Below are positions 32,338 through 44,449 of a stretch of 64,000 nucleotides of DNA, piece by piece. Both the position numbers and the translations under genes were made by a program. The stretch's first letter is position 1. Each line of letters starts with the position of its first letter. The notes below the pieces were generated by a model, which made no database searches, was not told where the DNA came from, and worked only from the letters and a program-made list of their open reading frames with translations. The stretch lies in the NCBI RefSeq assembly GCF_000143415.4, contig NW_003314269.1:1619544-1683543 (forward strand), given 5' to 3'. This DNA comes from Selaginella moellendorffii. Its lineage: Eukaryota; Plantae; Lycopodiophyta.

Positions 32338-34638
32338 ATGGATCCATGGAGGCTGCTTGCTCTTGTCCTGCTTGCTGTCACAATTGTTTTTCATGCAAGT
32401 GCTGAAGATTCAGAGGTTGAAGCACTCTTAAGCTTTAAACTTTCTGTGGATGATCCTCTTGGGGCACTGAATAACTGGAAGGCGGGCACAAACGTTTGCC
32501 ACTGGATTGGTGTAAGTTGTTCCTCAGTAGGGCGGATCACTGGCATACAGATTGATTCTCTGTCACTTTCGGGCCTTTTTCCACTTTCAACAATCCAAGC
32601 CCTGCCTCAACTACGCAATTTGTCTGCTTCGGGGAACAACTTCACTGAGATCAACATATCACCGCAGAAATGCTCTTTGGAGTTCCTCAATTTGTCAAGC
32701 AACGATTTCACTAGTCATTTTCTAGATATTCTTTTGGTTACTTGCAAAGGCATCAGGCACTTGAACCTCTCACACAACAAGCTAAGAGAAATTTCGCTGA
32801 AGGGATCAATCGGGCATGTTATGGTTTCGGTTGATTTATCTCACAACAGAATCAGTGGCTCAATACCTGCTTCCTTTTTCGCATCGTGCAAGAGCTTGCG
32901 GTTTCTAGACATATCGAGCAATCAGCTGGTTGGAGGGGTGCCTGAAGATATGTTTATAAACTGCAGAAGCTTACAAGAGCTTTCATTGTCGTCGAATAAT
33001 CTGACAGGGGAACTTTCTGGTCTACGTTCATCCACCAGTCTTCAGAAGCTCAACCTGTCTACCAACTTCTTCACAACATTTCAGATAGACCACTGTCCTA
33101 GTCTGGAGGAGCTGGATCTCTCGTTTAACAACATTTCTGGGACAGTTTTTCGGAAGGATTGTGCTGCTTTGAAGATGCTCAATCTATCAGACAATCACTT
33201 ATCTGGACCATTCCTCTCGGTATTTGCCAATCGAAGTTTAGCTACGGTTTTTAAGTCTCTTCAAGTTCTCCAAGCCGACCACAACAACTTTATAGGTGAA
33301 CTCCCTACAGTTCCTCCAAGTCTTAAGGTTCTAGACCTGAGCTGCAACTTGTTCAACACTGGCAACCCAAGCATCTGCCCTGCAAGGTCCTCACTTAAGT
33401 CTTTGCTGCTGATATATAACAGGTTGCATGGTCGGGTTCTGAACTCAGCCATGAACTGTGGTAATCTGGAAATGCTTGATATGAGCATCAATTCTCTAGC
33501 AGGGCCCATTCCAGTGGATATGTGCAGCAGACTCCCGAAGCTTCAACATCTTCTTCTTTGGGGGAACAATCTTGAAGGCAGCATACCCGCTACAATCAGC
33601 AACTGTAGTGAGCTGGTGACACTAAATCTCAGTTTTAACAATATCACAGGCGTCATTCCTCAGCAAATATCTAGGCTGAAGAAACTCAGCCTGCTGTTTC
33701 TGAGCAACAACATGATATCTGGAGCAATCCCGGCATCTATTGGAAGTATGCTGAGCCTTCGATCTCTTTTACTGAGTCACAACAAGCTTCAGGGTGGCCT
33801 ACCAAGCGAGCTGAGGAACAGCAACGTTCTAGTCCTGCTTTTAGTGAACGACAATCAGTTGACAGGACAAATTCCAAGCTGGATCGGCCGCTCATCAGTC
33901 GTGGAAGAGGATGAAATAACCGAAATAACCTTCCCGTTTCTGATGGTGTTTGCAATCAACATAGAGGCATCCATCTGCAAAGCTTATGAGGAGGTTTTCA
34001 TACTGCAAGGGATCCGCTTGGATGACTTTGAGCAACTTCCGTTTGCAACCAGATGCAGAAGATGGTTCTTTCTGGCACCTCCTGGTTTCAACTTAACAAT
34101 ATATAATCTGGTAAACAGTCCTTTGGCTATTGATCTCTCGCACAACAGCTTCACTGGAACAATCCCAGAGGAATTCGGTGGCATGCAAGACTTAAATGTG
34201 CTAAATCTCGCACACAACTTACTTACAGGGGCCATTCCTTCCACAATTGGAAACCTCAAGAACCTGGAGTGGCTAGATTTATCACAGAACTGGCTTGAAT
34301 CACACATCCCGGACTCGCTTGGCAACCTCACCTTCCTGAAATACTTAAACATCTCGAACAACAAGCTTCTCGGAAGGGTTCCACAGAGTGCTCAGCTTGC
34401 ATTATTCCCGGTGAGCAGCTATGAAGGAAACCCAGGCCTTTGTGGCTTCCCCCTTGCAGAGTGTGCTGGTTTGCATAATCCTTTCCATGGCGATCACACA
34501 GATGAAGACAGTGATGATGGACATGGTGATGAAACGATTCTGGCTGCCATTGTTGGTGGTGGTGTTTCATGCATACTATGGACTTTTGGAGTTTTTTTCA
34601 GTAAGAGATGGGAGGCACTGCTTAAACGTTTAATATAA
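32338..34638 (+). CDS. LRR receptor-like protein (no kinase domain), intronless
   Basis: Signal peptide, CHWIGVSC cap, many LxLSxNxLxGxIP repeats, an island region, YEGNPGLCG cap, acidic juxtamembrane stretch, transmembrane helix and short tail. Confidence 0.92.
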   Translation: MDPWRLLALVLLAVTIVFHASAEDSEVEALLSFKLSVDDPLGALNNWKAGTNVCHWIGVSCSSVGRITGIQIDSLSLSGLFPLSTIQALPQLRNLSASGNNFTEINISPQKCSLEFLNLSSNDFTSHFLDILLVTCKGIRHLNLSHNKLREISLKGSIGHVMVSVDLSHNRISGSIPASFFASCKSLRFLDISSNQLVGGVPEDMFINCRSLQELSLSSNNLTGELSGLRSSTSLQKLNLSTNFFTTFQIDHCPSLEELDLSFNNISGTVFRKDCAALKMLNLSDNHLSGPFLSVFANRSLATVFKSLQVLQADHNNFIGELPTVPPSLKVLDLSCNLFNTGNPSICPARSSLKSLLLIYNRLHGRVLNSAMNCGNLEMLDMSINSLAGPIPVDMCSRLPKLQHLLLWGNNLEGSIPATISNCSELVTLNLSFNNITGVIPQQISRLKKLSLLFLSNNMISGAIPASIGSMLSLRSLLLSHNKLQGGLPSELRNSNVLVLLLVNDNQLTGQIPSWIGRSSVVEEDEITEITFPFLMVFAINIEASICKAYEEVFILQGIRLDDFEQLPFATRCRRWFFLAPPGFNLTIYNLVNSPLAIDLSHNSFTGTIPEEFGGMQDLNVLNLAHNLLTGAIPSTIGNLKNLEWLDLSQNWLESHIPDSLGNLTFLKYLNISNNKLLGRVPQSAQLALFPVSSYEGNPGLCGFPLAECAGLHNPFHGDHTDEDSDDGHGDETILAAIVGGGVSCILWTFGVFFSKRWEALLKRLI

Positions 34639-35232
34639 TATATTATATGTTCGATGACTCCACGTGCCTTCAACAGCAGGCGCTACATGTTGTTCCATGG
34701 TGTCCCAGACCTACCTTCGAAAAGTTTGTTGCTTAAGACGAGTTTATAAGAGGAGAGGTGTCAAGAAAGAAGGAACAATTAATTCTAGGAGAGGATTTGG
34801 AACAAAATTAGTCCTGGAGTCACCGAGCAAAAAGAGAAATTAAAGTATGATCCAGAAGAACGAGGACATGTACACTGATGTTTTCCAATGAATTCATGAG
34901 TAGCTCTCTCGAGTTCCACTTCTTTTGAAGGACCAGGCTCGGGATCATCTGCTTAGTCGATAAAAAAAATAACAAAAAAAGAAAGAATTAGAACTCTATC
35001 GAAGATTGCTTTCCGGAACTGGAGTTCTGGCAGGAGTTGAGAATTCGTCCTCGGACATCAGTGTTAGAGGTAGAAGGTTTCCACATGTCTGCCTATCCTT
35101 ACAAGAGAAAAGTCCAAACGTTTACTAGCTTTACGATGTGATGCTGATCTTGTCCGATCTGTTCGCCATACTCTTGACTTTCCTCCATTGAAATGCTTCC
35201 ATGGATGGAAGAAACTTGTTAGCAATGAATGA

Positions 35233-35444
35233 ATTAATCGATATTGTTTTCACTTTTTGGGGAGCTATTGTTGAAATTAGATGCTCAGGTAGATGCTTAG
35301 CTAGGAAGCTAGGATGATGTGGCATTAGGCAGTTGCCACAGCCCATATATATATAGCTTCATATATACAATATGAGCAGTCGTTGCCAGCAGTCGCTGCC
35401 TTTTTTATCATTAATCGATATTGTTTTCACTTTTTGGGGAGCTA
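35233..35444. repeat. 35-bp direct repeat pair
   Basis: ATTAATCGATATTGTTTTCACTTTTTGGGGAGCTA at 35233-35267 and 35410-35444. Confidence 0.9.
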
Positions 35445-35785
35445 AGCAAGCAAAGATTCACGTCGGATTTTGCTGGATTGGATTCACCAGTTATCTAATG
35501 TTATAGTAGCAATGCCGTTTCACTCAAATCAATGCTTAGGTACATGGACAAGCATGAACAAATTCTCCACAACTTGTTACTTCAGTTTTATTTGGAAGTC
35601 AACTTTGCACACAATCTGACCCACGCATTGACATCATCGTCCACAGCAACTGGAAATGCTCCGCTAGCTAGAATCCAAGTCCCAATCGAGTTCCTGGAAG
35701 CATAAGAAAGAGCTGATGATCGTCTTCCATCCTTAGTTCCATTGAAATCTTTTTTCCACCACCATCCAAGCCAATCCAGATCCCA

Positions 35786-36889
35786 ATGGAAGTAGCTTCC
35801 AATGTCCGAGATCTCATCAAGCCTGCGAACTCCTCTCCACTACCACGAACGTCCATACTTCTCAGCTGCCTCGACCAGATTGCTCCTCGGGTCTACACGC
35901 CTTTCCTCTACGATTCGTCCCTTCCGACCAGCTCAAGCTATCCCTCTCCAAGACGCTCTCCCTCTTCTATCCGCTAGCCGGCCGCTACAAGCTTCTTCCC
36001 AATCAGGCCCCCGAGATCCAGTGTTGCGACTCCGGCATCGAGTTCTTCGAAGCGCTCGCCAGCAAATCTCTAGGCCTTCCCAACGCAAGAAACCACGGAA
36101 CTTCCTCTTGTCTCGATCAAGCTCACTCGGTTCCTGTGCGGCCCAGGTAGCGACCCACCACAGCGCAGCCGATGGAGTTGCCACGGCCGATTTCGTGAAA
36201 GCCTGGGCGCTGATTTCCTCAGGCCAGGAGCATCGCGTCAATCCGCCACACTTGGAACGATCCCTGCTCCTGCAACCTGACGCAATTCCACCGGAATCCA
36301 CTCCAGCGGAGTACCAGATTGAGCCTCCGCCCTTCCCCGACCCCAGAAATGTGGAGCGCGCAATCCTCTCCTTCACGAGCAGCGGCATTCGGTCGCTGCT
36401 AAAGAGCGACACCACCGCGACTCTACCTGCGGCTCACCTCTGGATCGCGATCACCCGCGCCAGAACCGAGCTCTCGCTTCTTCAACCGCATGAACGAGGC
36501 TAGGCTTCGCGGTGAATGGGAGAAAACGTTTCAATCCTCCAATTCCCGATGGTTTTCTGGGCAATGCGGTCTTTCTTGCAATCGCATCCTCCAGCGTCGA
36601 GCAGCTGCTTATCCACAGCCGCCTGGATTGCATCGAGGAAGTGCCCGCTAGAGATTTCGCTCTCCTTCCAGCGCTCGAATCTCGTGATCTCGAGCTGGCA
36701 GCGATTGGAGATGGCTGGCGCGGATCCGTAAGCGGCAAGCCGGTATTCGCTGGAACCATGGGAATTGTGTGGGCTGGAGTGGCCATCATCTTTCCCGAGA
36801 TCGAAGGGAACGATCAACTTGTCGTCAACACAATGCTAAAGCGCCATCAAATGGACGTTGTTCGCAGAGATCCTGGGCTCATAGTTTAG
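35786..36889 (+). pseudogene. BAHD acyltransferase pseudogene
   Basis: LLSCLDQ, FYPLAGR-like segment, HHSAADG (HxxxD), PPIPDGFLGNAV and a degenerate DFGWG region (GKPVFAG). Spread over several frames with an in-frame stop at 36501-36503. Confidence 0.82.
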
Positions 36890-37019
36890 GGCAACTATTG
36901 ACAAGAAAATCTCAGGGTCTATCGAAAGATGGGACGTTGGCAACCAGCCATTCTTGATTCAACTTGAGCTTTGATCTTTGCTTATATATCAATAAACGTT
37001 TTACAATTCCTTAGAAACA

Positions 37020-37690
37020 TTCAATGAACTTTAGCACGCTTCTTTCTCTGAGCGGATTTGTTTGGCTTCTCACACACACATCCATCTCTTTTTCGTTCTA
37101 GCTCGTTTTAGTTCTGCAGTTGTTGTTGGCAGCCACCAAAAATGTTTTCTAGAAAGATATTGGTATCTCGAAAATACAAAAAAAGAAAAAGAAAAGTAAT
37201 AATTGTGAAAAGGAAATAGGAAATAGCAAGTTAGTTTATTACTGGCATTCACTTTTAAGCCGCTTGAACTTTCTTCATGACCAGGCCAGGAGCACTTCTT
37301 TTCACACCACTCCAACTTGGCTGTTGCAGAACCTGATCGACCGTCAACCTCTATTTCAGATCCACAGCCAGCATCTTAGAAAGGAGATCCTCCTCTACAA
37401 ACGAGAAAGGACCACCCCTTATCACACGAGATCTCCTCCCTTTCCCAGCATCTCATATAAAATTGCTCCTAGTCCCCGCTGCCATGTAGAAACTGCCATC
37501 CTTGTTCTCCACCTCAGGTGGCAATGCCAAAGTTGTTGATCTCCACTTTGTCGCGCATGTTTAGCTTGGAGAGAATGTTGTCAAGCTTGAGATCCTAATG
37601 AACCACGCCCCTCAAATGCATCTCTTTGAGGGTCTTTACCAACTGCTTGATGATTCTGGCTGCTTTCTCCTCACCCATCTTCTCGCAAAT
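37020..37690 (-). pseudogene. Ser/Thr kinase remnant plus FFGGC module (copy 2)
   Basis: EEKAARIIKQLVKTLKEMHLRGVVH*DLKLDNIL is collinear with 42957-43880 and carries stops and deletions. Confidence 0.85.
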
Positions 37691-37694
37691 ATAA

Positions 37695-39972
37695 TTAACG
37701 AAATAATTTACCGAGTTTGGCATAACGCCTTGAAAGGAAGGCAATATTTCCACCAACGAACGTAGCAACCACTCGAGAAAAATTGCCCGTGCCCTGTGCA
37801 AAAGGAGACTCTGACAACACCACAAAGTCGGCAAACTTTCCTGGCGTCAGTGACCCAACCAAATCCTCCAATGCAGCTGCATACGCAGCCAAGGATGTGT
37901 ACCTGTAAATCCTTTCCTCGGGAATCCAGGGATGACTCCAGCCTGCAGGTGTTCTCTCCACGGCTGCACGGACCACTCCAAGTGGATTCACTGCTACCAC
38001 CTTGAGACGAACCATTCACGTAACGCCGAAGAAAAACTATCTGACAGACATACAGGCCAGTCGGATCCTAAAGCAACCACGCTTCTGAGGAGGGAGCAGA
38101 GGTTATAAGATCCGCGTGAGCGCTTCTCACCAAGTTCCTTCACGGCGTAGTAAGCATCATCTAGAAGTTGCTCTGGCTGTGCAAAAATCCAGGGTAATGG
38201 AGGCAGCATGCATTCATCTGCTTACTTGCATCGATGCAGATATGGAGAACTTCCCAAATTTGAGGTGCGCTCCAGGTGAAAGGTGCTGTGCATGCTCTAC
38301 CTGCAATCCCACGAGTTCAGTGATACAAACGTAGATTTGTTCATCGTTACTCTCAATCGATGTCCTTGACGAGGATGTTTAGAAATAGCGTCAGTGTAAA
38401 TTCCAGTACATCATCGTTTGCTGCATCGCCAATCGCATGTACTGCTACCTGAAGTTCATGATTAAGCATCGGATCAAAGATCATCTAAGTACCTGTAATT
38501 TCGACTCAAAAGCAGCACTCACGGACTCGGAAAGCCAACTCAGATCGGCCACACGGAGGCCAAAATTGTTTGGATCGATAAATTTGAATACCTCAGAAAA
38601 GCTACTTAATATTTACGTGACACCTGGTGAAAAAGAGCTGTTCCCGAGCCCAGCGATCCATCGGCAAAAGCTTTGACCCCATCAATGTGAACCAGTCGCT
38701 TATATGCCGTCCTCTCTCTTTTATCAGAGCCTGAAGAAAAAATTCAAGTATCGTATAGTAAAATGACAATCAGAACTTACAGCGACTCGCGGCCAAGTCT
38801 CGAGTGGGAAGAAAAGTGCAGACCTCACAGTCATATTCCCGAGTGAGTCCATCCATGTGTATACCTCTAGAGAAAGAATTTAGACGAGGAACATGATGTT
38901 TAAAATGGAATTACCTTCAACATCGTTCCATGAATCTTTGATTGATCCACCAGGAAAGTATGATCCGAAGTCAACTACTGAGGTGACGCCTTTAGAGACA
39001 GCATACTGGCTTGCTCTTGCCAGAGCCGCTCCAATGACGGTTTAGGAAGACAAGAAGTTAACAATATCATAGCAGCATCAACGAGTAAACCAGTTGGAAC
39101 TACAAAGAAGGATGTTAGAACCAACTTCTCTATAATTCAGATAGGAGAATAAAAACTGATCACCATCTTCATCTCTCACAATGCTCCCACCAACTGGATC
39201 GTCTTTAACGCTCTTCAAATCACAAATCTCCATGACAACTTTATTTACAAGGCCCATGTGACCGTCCATCCTGCTGAGCCACACCTGTGTGATACTATGA
39301 ACGTCAGGTTTTTATAACCTCAAAACTACAACAAAAACTCACCGGATTGTTTTCGGTGACACTATCAATCCAGGATGAATCTGGCCACTCACCTCCCCAG
39401 TGTTCGTTGCTCCATCCAAATCCTTGAAGCCACTCATTTGGCTCGAGCCCTTCAAAAGAAGCGATGAATACTATACACTCAAGAAGAAAACAAATTCAAG
39501 AGCACCATGAGCAGCATGTTGAACTTTTTGTGTGAACTCTAGATGTGTGTGTTGAGGATCCAATCTTAGTAGCTGCAGGTAAGACGTTAGTTTCCCTTAT
39601 TGTTTAAACTTAACATACCTGCAGGCCCCCAGGAATAAAGTGAACATGAGAATCAATGAAACCAGGCACCACAAACTGCCCCTCGAGATCACGGAATTCG
39701 GTATCAGAACAGGCAACGTCCTACAAGCATGAAAATTCGTGAATAGAGATACCGAGGAAAACAAACGCTTATCTTGACAGCCCACGCGTAAGGATTCTTC
39801 CCCGTCTCACAGCCATGGATTCTGCCCATGGAACATCCTTGTCTGCAGTCCAGATACTGCAGTTCGTGATGACAAAATCAGCCGGTGCTCCTGGAATTCG
39901 TTTCCAAGATAGAAGAGCTGCTACGGCTAGGGACAGCAGCACTATCCCAAGTGAAGTTGCTAACGAACCCAT
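37695..39972 (-). pseudogene. LAF3: LAF3/YtcJ-like amidohydrolase, apparently disrupted
   Basis: PWAESMAV, VPGFIDSHVHFIPGG, WLSRMDGHMG, ALGSDWPV and GSLTPGKFADFVVLS. Apparent frameshift near 39795 (RILTRG versus expected RILRVG) and missing segments. Confidence 0.75.
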
Positions 39973-40015
39973 CACGACTGTCTAGGGCCAGTTAGCTTTA
40001 ACATTTAAATACACA

Positions 40016-42056
40016 CTAGCTGCTTTTATCTGCATCCAAAGGAGACCCGATTCGATAAAATGTACTCGAAAGGATACCTGAGAAGCGCCTTGTTTCAAAA
40101 TTGATTTACAAAAGCTCACCGTCAGTGAAGCTTATATCCCAGAAATTTCTCCATGACACTGTCCAAAGCCTGAGACAAAAGCACCGTTTAACAGCAGCGA
40201 AATAGCTTCAGAATCTTTACCTTTGATGCGAACGCTTCCTTCCTATCGAGGAGCGCAGCCATTGCGACACTGGAGTCGTCAAAAACACTGTAAAAGTGCT
40301 TGTAGAACTCTCCTCTGTCAAAACCAAAGCCATAACAACGTAAAATCAACAGCATCCTACAAGTTCCTTACTGTGATGCTTCAGAAGCAATCGAGTCCAT
40401 CTCTTCAAACTGTTTTGTCAAAAGTTCTGCAGCGACAGGACTGAGAGCATGCAATACGAGTGCTTCTAGTGAACGAGGAAATGTAGTCTGCAAATGCACA
40501 ACTTGTTAGCGACAATCATAGCATACAGTGCCTCGCACTTACCACCATCGTAAGAAAGATTCGACGAAGGCTTCGAGGGCTCGTATTTAGAAACACATTT
40601 GCGACAGGATCGTCCTCACAATTGCCATTGTTCACTGCGACCGCTACGCAGGATAGTATGACGTGAAGTTGTTTTGTTTCTAGTGAACTCAAGCTGTTCA
40701 CGGTAAGATCTTCTACTCCTTGCACGTCATCAAGATCACCTTCTACATCCACGTGAGGATTCCATCCGAGCATCGATCTCTGTAGAACAATATAAGTAAA
40801 TTGCATCGACAATTGTTGCTTGTTGACCTTTTCGGCGTCCAAAAGACTGGAAAACGAAAGAAGCTGTGAAAAACTCAAGAGCAACATTTGCTTACCTCAT
40901 TAAAATCCTCCGCAAGTAATATGAATCCATGGGCGTGTCGAATGCGTAAGATTGTTTAGACGCCCACCAAAAGTTTACGGCAATGGTTAGAGCAGCACTG
41001 TCCACTTGGTGGAACCAAGCCTCTGGTATAAAAACTGCACTGCCAGCATCGACTACCAGAACCAGACTGTGTTTTGATGCATCTCTAAAGCGTGGATATT
41101 TCTGGTAGTCTGGTTCAACAAAGTTCACCTCGCTGAATAGAAACAGGAATAAAAGAAGTGTATCTTTTTCTATAAAAACAAATACCTATGGTTCGAAGCT
41201 TCTCCATACAGTGGCTTGGGGTACAGGTATGGCGCCGCATCAGGAGGCCACAGAGTAACTGCAACAAATACAACACTGAAACATGCCACGCATGAAAAAG
41301 CTCTACCTTTCTTCTGACCCATCACGACTCCAAGCACATTGCGGTATGGATCATAATGTATGCTTGACCGAGAAGACGTCGAACTCATCCAAAGGTTGAT
41401 GTTTGAGACCGCATCCTCGTCCAGGAACTCTGGCTGAGCACGATAAGTGTCACAAAAACACAGAAAAAAGTAGACGAAGAAAATATGATACCACGGAGAT
41501 TTCGGATTCCAGAGAAGCGAGCGGAGGTTTCTCCGTTGAGTCTTTCACGCGTATAGGAACCTGCAGTGATATCCTTAATATCGGCAACACGAACAACAAG
41601 CTTAAATCCTAACCTGTGCCAGATAAAACTGATCGTTGTGCTCTCCAGGTGACAAAACCATGTCTAGATATTCTCTGAAAGGCAACGCCACCTAAGGAAG
41701 AACAAGTTTAAGAACAAAAGACAAGGAATCAAAGAAATAATACAAACTCTTTCATGGCTTCTAATATCACCGTAGAACCATCGGTGCTCACCATTGCTTG
41801 CACTAGAGGTTCTCCTGCGATTTCCTTGAGAAGAGGTCTAATCCCTGCTCTAGAACACGAAAGTCCTCACCTTAAGATGTTCGACACCGCCAGTGGCTGG
41901 ATTCCACCGCTCAAATGCGGGCCATTGCCGCAGAATCCCTGGAAAAACCTGCCAGAAGCTCCAGCAATTCGACGCGTCTTGGGTTACCTCGGGAATGTTT
42001 CGAGCTGCCATCTCCCGGAATTCGTCCCTCGACGGTGGGCGCCAATTTTCCCCCAT
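40016..42056 (-). CDS. JmjC-only 2-oxoglutarate oxygenase (JMJ31-like), multi-exon; integrity not verified
   Basis: INLWMSSTSSRSSIHYDPY, VTLWPPDAAPYLYPKPLYGEASNH and FIPEAWFHQVDS...IAVNFWW give the HxD...H triad. The 3' end is approximate. Confidence 0.82.
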
Positions 42057-42109
42057 AGCCTAACGTTAAAAATGAAGAACCCTAGCTAGGAGGTAAGAGG
42101 ATTTTGGGC

Positions 42110-42790
42110 TAGTGTATGCGAATGCGGCAGCGTCGGCGAGGCGCGGGAGATCTTCGACGGCATGGACGATCACAGCAAGAACAGGTTCTCCTGGATCACG
42201 ATGCTCACCGTCTACGCGCACAACGGCAGGCCCTGGGACGCCAAGAATCTCTTCGATCGCATCCCCGGCGGCAGAGATTCCGTGGCGTGGAGTTGCCTCA
42301 TCGGCGCATTTGTCAAGATCGGGGATCTTGAGCACGCAAGGCGCGTCTTCGATCTCCTCCCGCGCTGGACCGTCGTCACAACCACGGCAATCCTTGTGGC
42401 GCTGGCGAAGCGTGGCAAGGCCGAGGACGCCAAAGCGATGTTCTTGGCGATGCCGAGAGAGATCTCGTCGCCTGGAACGCGATGATCACCGCATATGCCC
42501 AGAATGGGAATCTCCAGGTAGCGCAGGCGATGTTCTTACGGATGCCCGCTAGGAACTGCATCTCCTGCAACGCGATCTTCGATGGATGCGCCCAAAGCGA
42601 GGAAAGCACTGGCCAAGAAGGTCTTCGATTCGATGCCCCAGCGAGAGGTGGTGTCATGGACATGAGCGGGCGTTTGGAGGAGCTGCCGGCCTTGAACATC
42701 GTCTGGTGGAACGTGATGATCCAGGCGTTCGCGGACAATCTCCTGGTTGACGAAGCCAAGGAGCGCTTCAATCGAGCGAGCACGACTTCG
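42110..42790 (+). pseudogene. PPR pseudogene
   Basis: FSWITMLTVYAHNG and MITAYAQNGNLQVA repeats split by frameshifts and truncated. Confidence 0.82.
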
Positions 42791-42956
42791 TGTCATGCAC
42801 GGCCTACTCGCAAACCAGCCAGATCTTCCTCGCGAGAGCAGCCGTCGATCGAATTCCCCAGCGCGATGTGGTGTCCTGCCAGTCGTATGCAAAAGCATGG
42901 ATCAAGCGGACTCTTCCTTCCCGACTGATCTCAAGATATGAAGTTCCCCAATGATT

Positions 42957-44155
42957 TCAAGAAATTGTTAGATTAGCAGTGATCAATAGCCATTCTCGAT
43001 TTATATATGGATAGACTTTTTTTAATTCTTTCTTGAGGGAAGACTTCCCTTGTTTCTTAAAGAAGAGCGGCATAGCTTTGTGTGTAACACGTTTGCATCT
43101 ATCTCGGCATTTGCTTGGATCTCGTTTTTGTTCCACGATTGTTCTCGGCAGCCACCAAAAAAGTTTTTCCAGACAGAGACACGAGAGATGTCGATGATGT
43201 CCGGAGGATACAAAAACGAACCCAAGCAAATGAAGTTAGTAACTGCGAATACGAGAAATAGGAAATGGCAAGTGTGCTTACCGGACTGACTGCTGCCACT
43301 TTTAAACCGCTCGAACTTTCTTCACGACCAAGTCCTTGTCGAGGCCAGGAGCACTCCTTTTCGCACCACAGGGCCTCCTCCACGTCCTGTAGATCTTACT
43401 GCTGCTGCTTCTGCAAGGGTGTTGTAGAACCTGATCGACTGTCAGCCTTTGTTTCGGATCCACAGCCAGCATCTTGTCAAGGAGATCCTCCGCTACAAAC
43501 GAGAAAGGACCAACCGGGGATGCCCCCTGTCGCACACAATCAAATGCTTCACTCGGCTGATATCCTCCCTTTCCCAGCATCTCGTATAAAATTGCTCCAA
43601 GCCCCCACACGTCGATAGCTGCTGTGTAGAAGCTCCCATCCTTGTTCTCTGCCACCTCGGGTGCCATGTACTTTGCCGTGCCACAGTACTGCAACATCTC
43701 CTCAGGGTCGTCTGTGGCAATACCAAAGTCACTAATCACCACTTTGTCGCGCGCGTCTAGCTTGAAAAGGATGTTGCCCGGCTTGAGATCCCGGTGAATT
43801 ATGCCTCTCGAATGCATCTCTTTGAGAGTCTCTGCCAGCTGCTTGACAATCTGAGCTGCTTCTTCTTCGCTCATCCGCCCGGAAACGCGCAAGCAATCAG
43901 CAAGACTAGATCCACATAGTTCCATAATAATACTCCCAAAACACTGTCCTCCATCTCTCTCCTTGATGAAATCTCTGAAGGAGACAACTCCAGGGCAGCC
44001 CCGGAGCTTGGCCATGATCCCAACTTCTCTCTCAGCGTCGCTCCCTGATCGAAATGCCTTGGCTGCATATGACTTGTGACCGTCCAGATTCTGGAGCGCC
44101 CCTGGCTGCCACACCCTAGCGTCCTACCTTTCTCAAAACCTCGCTGCCTTAACAT
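42957..44155 (-). pseudogene. CAMK-like Ser/Thr kinase with 5' frameshift, followed by FFGGCREQ module (copy 3)
   Basis: The Gly-loop (GRTLGCGSQG, ATG 44155) is in a different frame from YAAK...HRDLKPGN...DFG...GTAKYMAPE...DVWGLG (ORF 43302-44114). Confidence 0.85.
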
Positions 44156-44346
44156 ATGAATGCTGAGAAGTTTTTTGCAATCTTCCTCTCTAAACTCACT
44201 AACCACCCTTATCGCTCTTACAAGCTTTGTTTTCACCTCAAGAAAATAAACCCTAGTTTCTTCTAACAAATTTAACTACATGGCTAAGATGGTGTTTGAT
44301 CGACGGCGATGATGTGCTGTGTTTTTTCAAATAGCACAACGCTTAA

Positions 44347-44428
44347 GAAAGGAATGCCTTATATTTCCACCAACGAAAGTAGCAACCACTCAAGGAAAAA
44401 CTGCTGAGGATGTGTACCTGTGAATCCA
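44347..44428 (-). repeat. Deleted copy of the LAF3-like gene 3' end
   Basis: ATATTTCCACCAACGAAxGTAGCAACCACTC (44361) matches 37744; AGGATGTGTACCTGTxAATCC (44407) matches 37892. Confidence 0.85.
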
Positions 44429-44449
44429 AAAACAAGGACTGCATTTCAG

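Noticed and set aside
43302-44114. 270-aa ORF taken as an intact kinase
   Set aside because: It begins at a non-ATG codon, and the Gly-rich loop lies in another frame.
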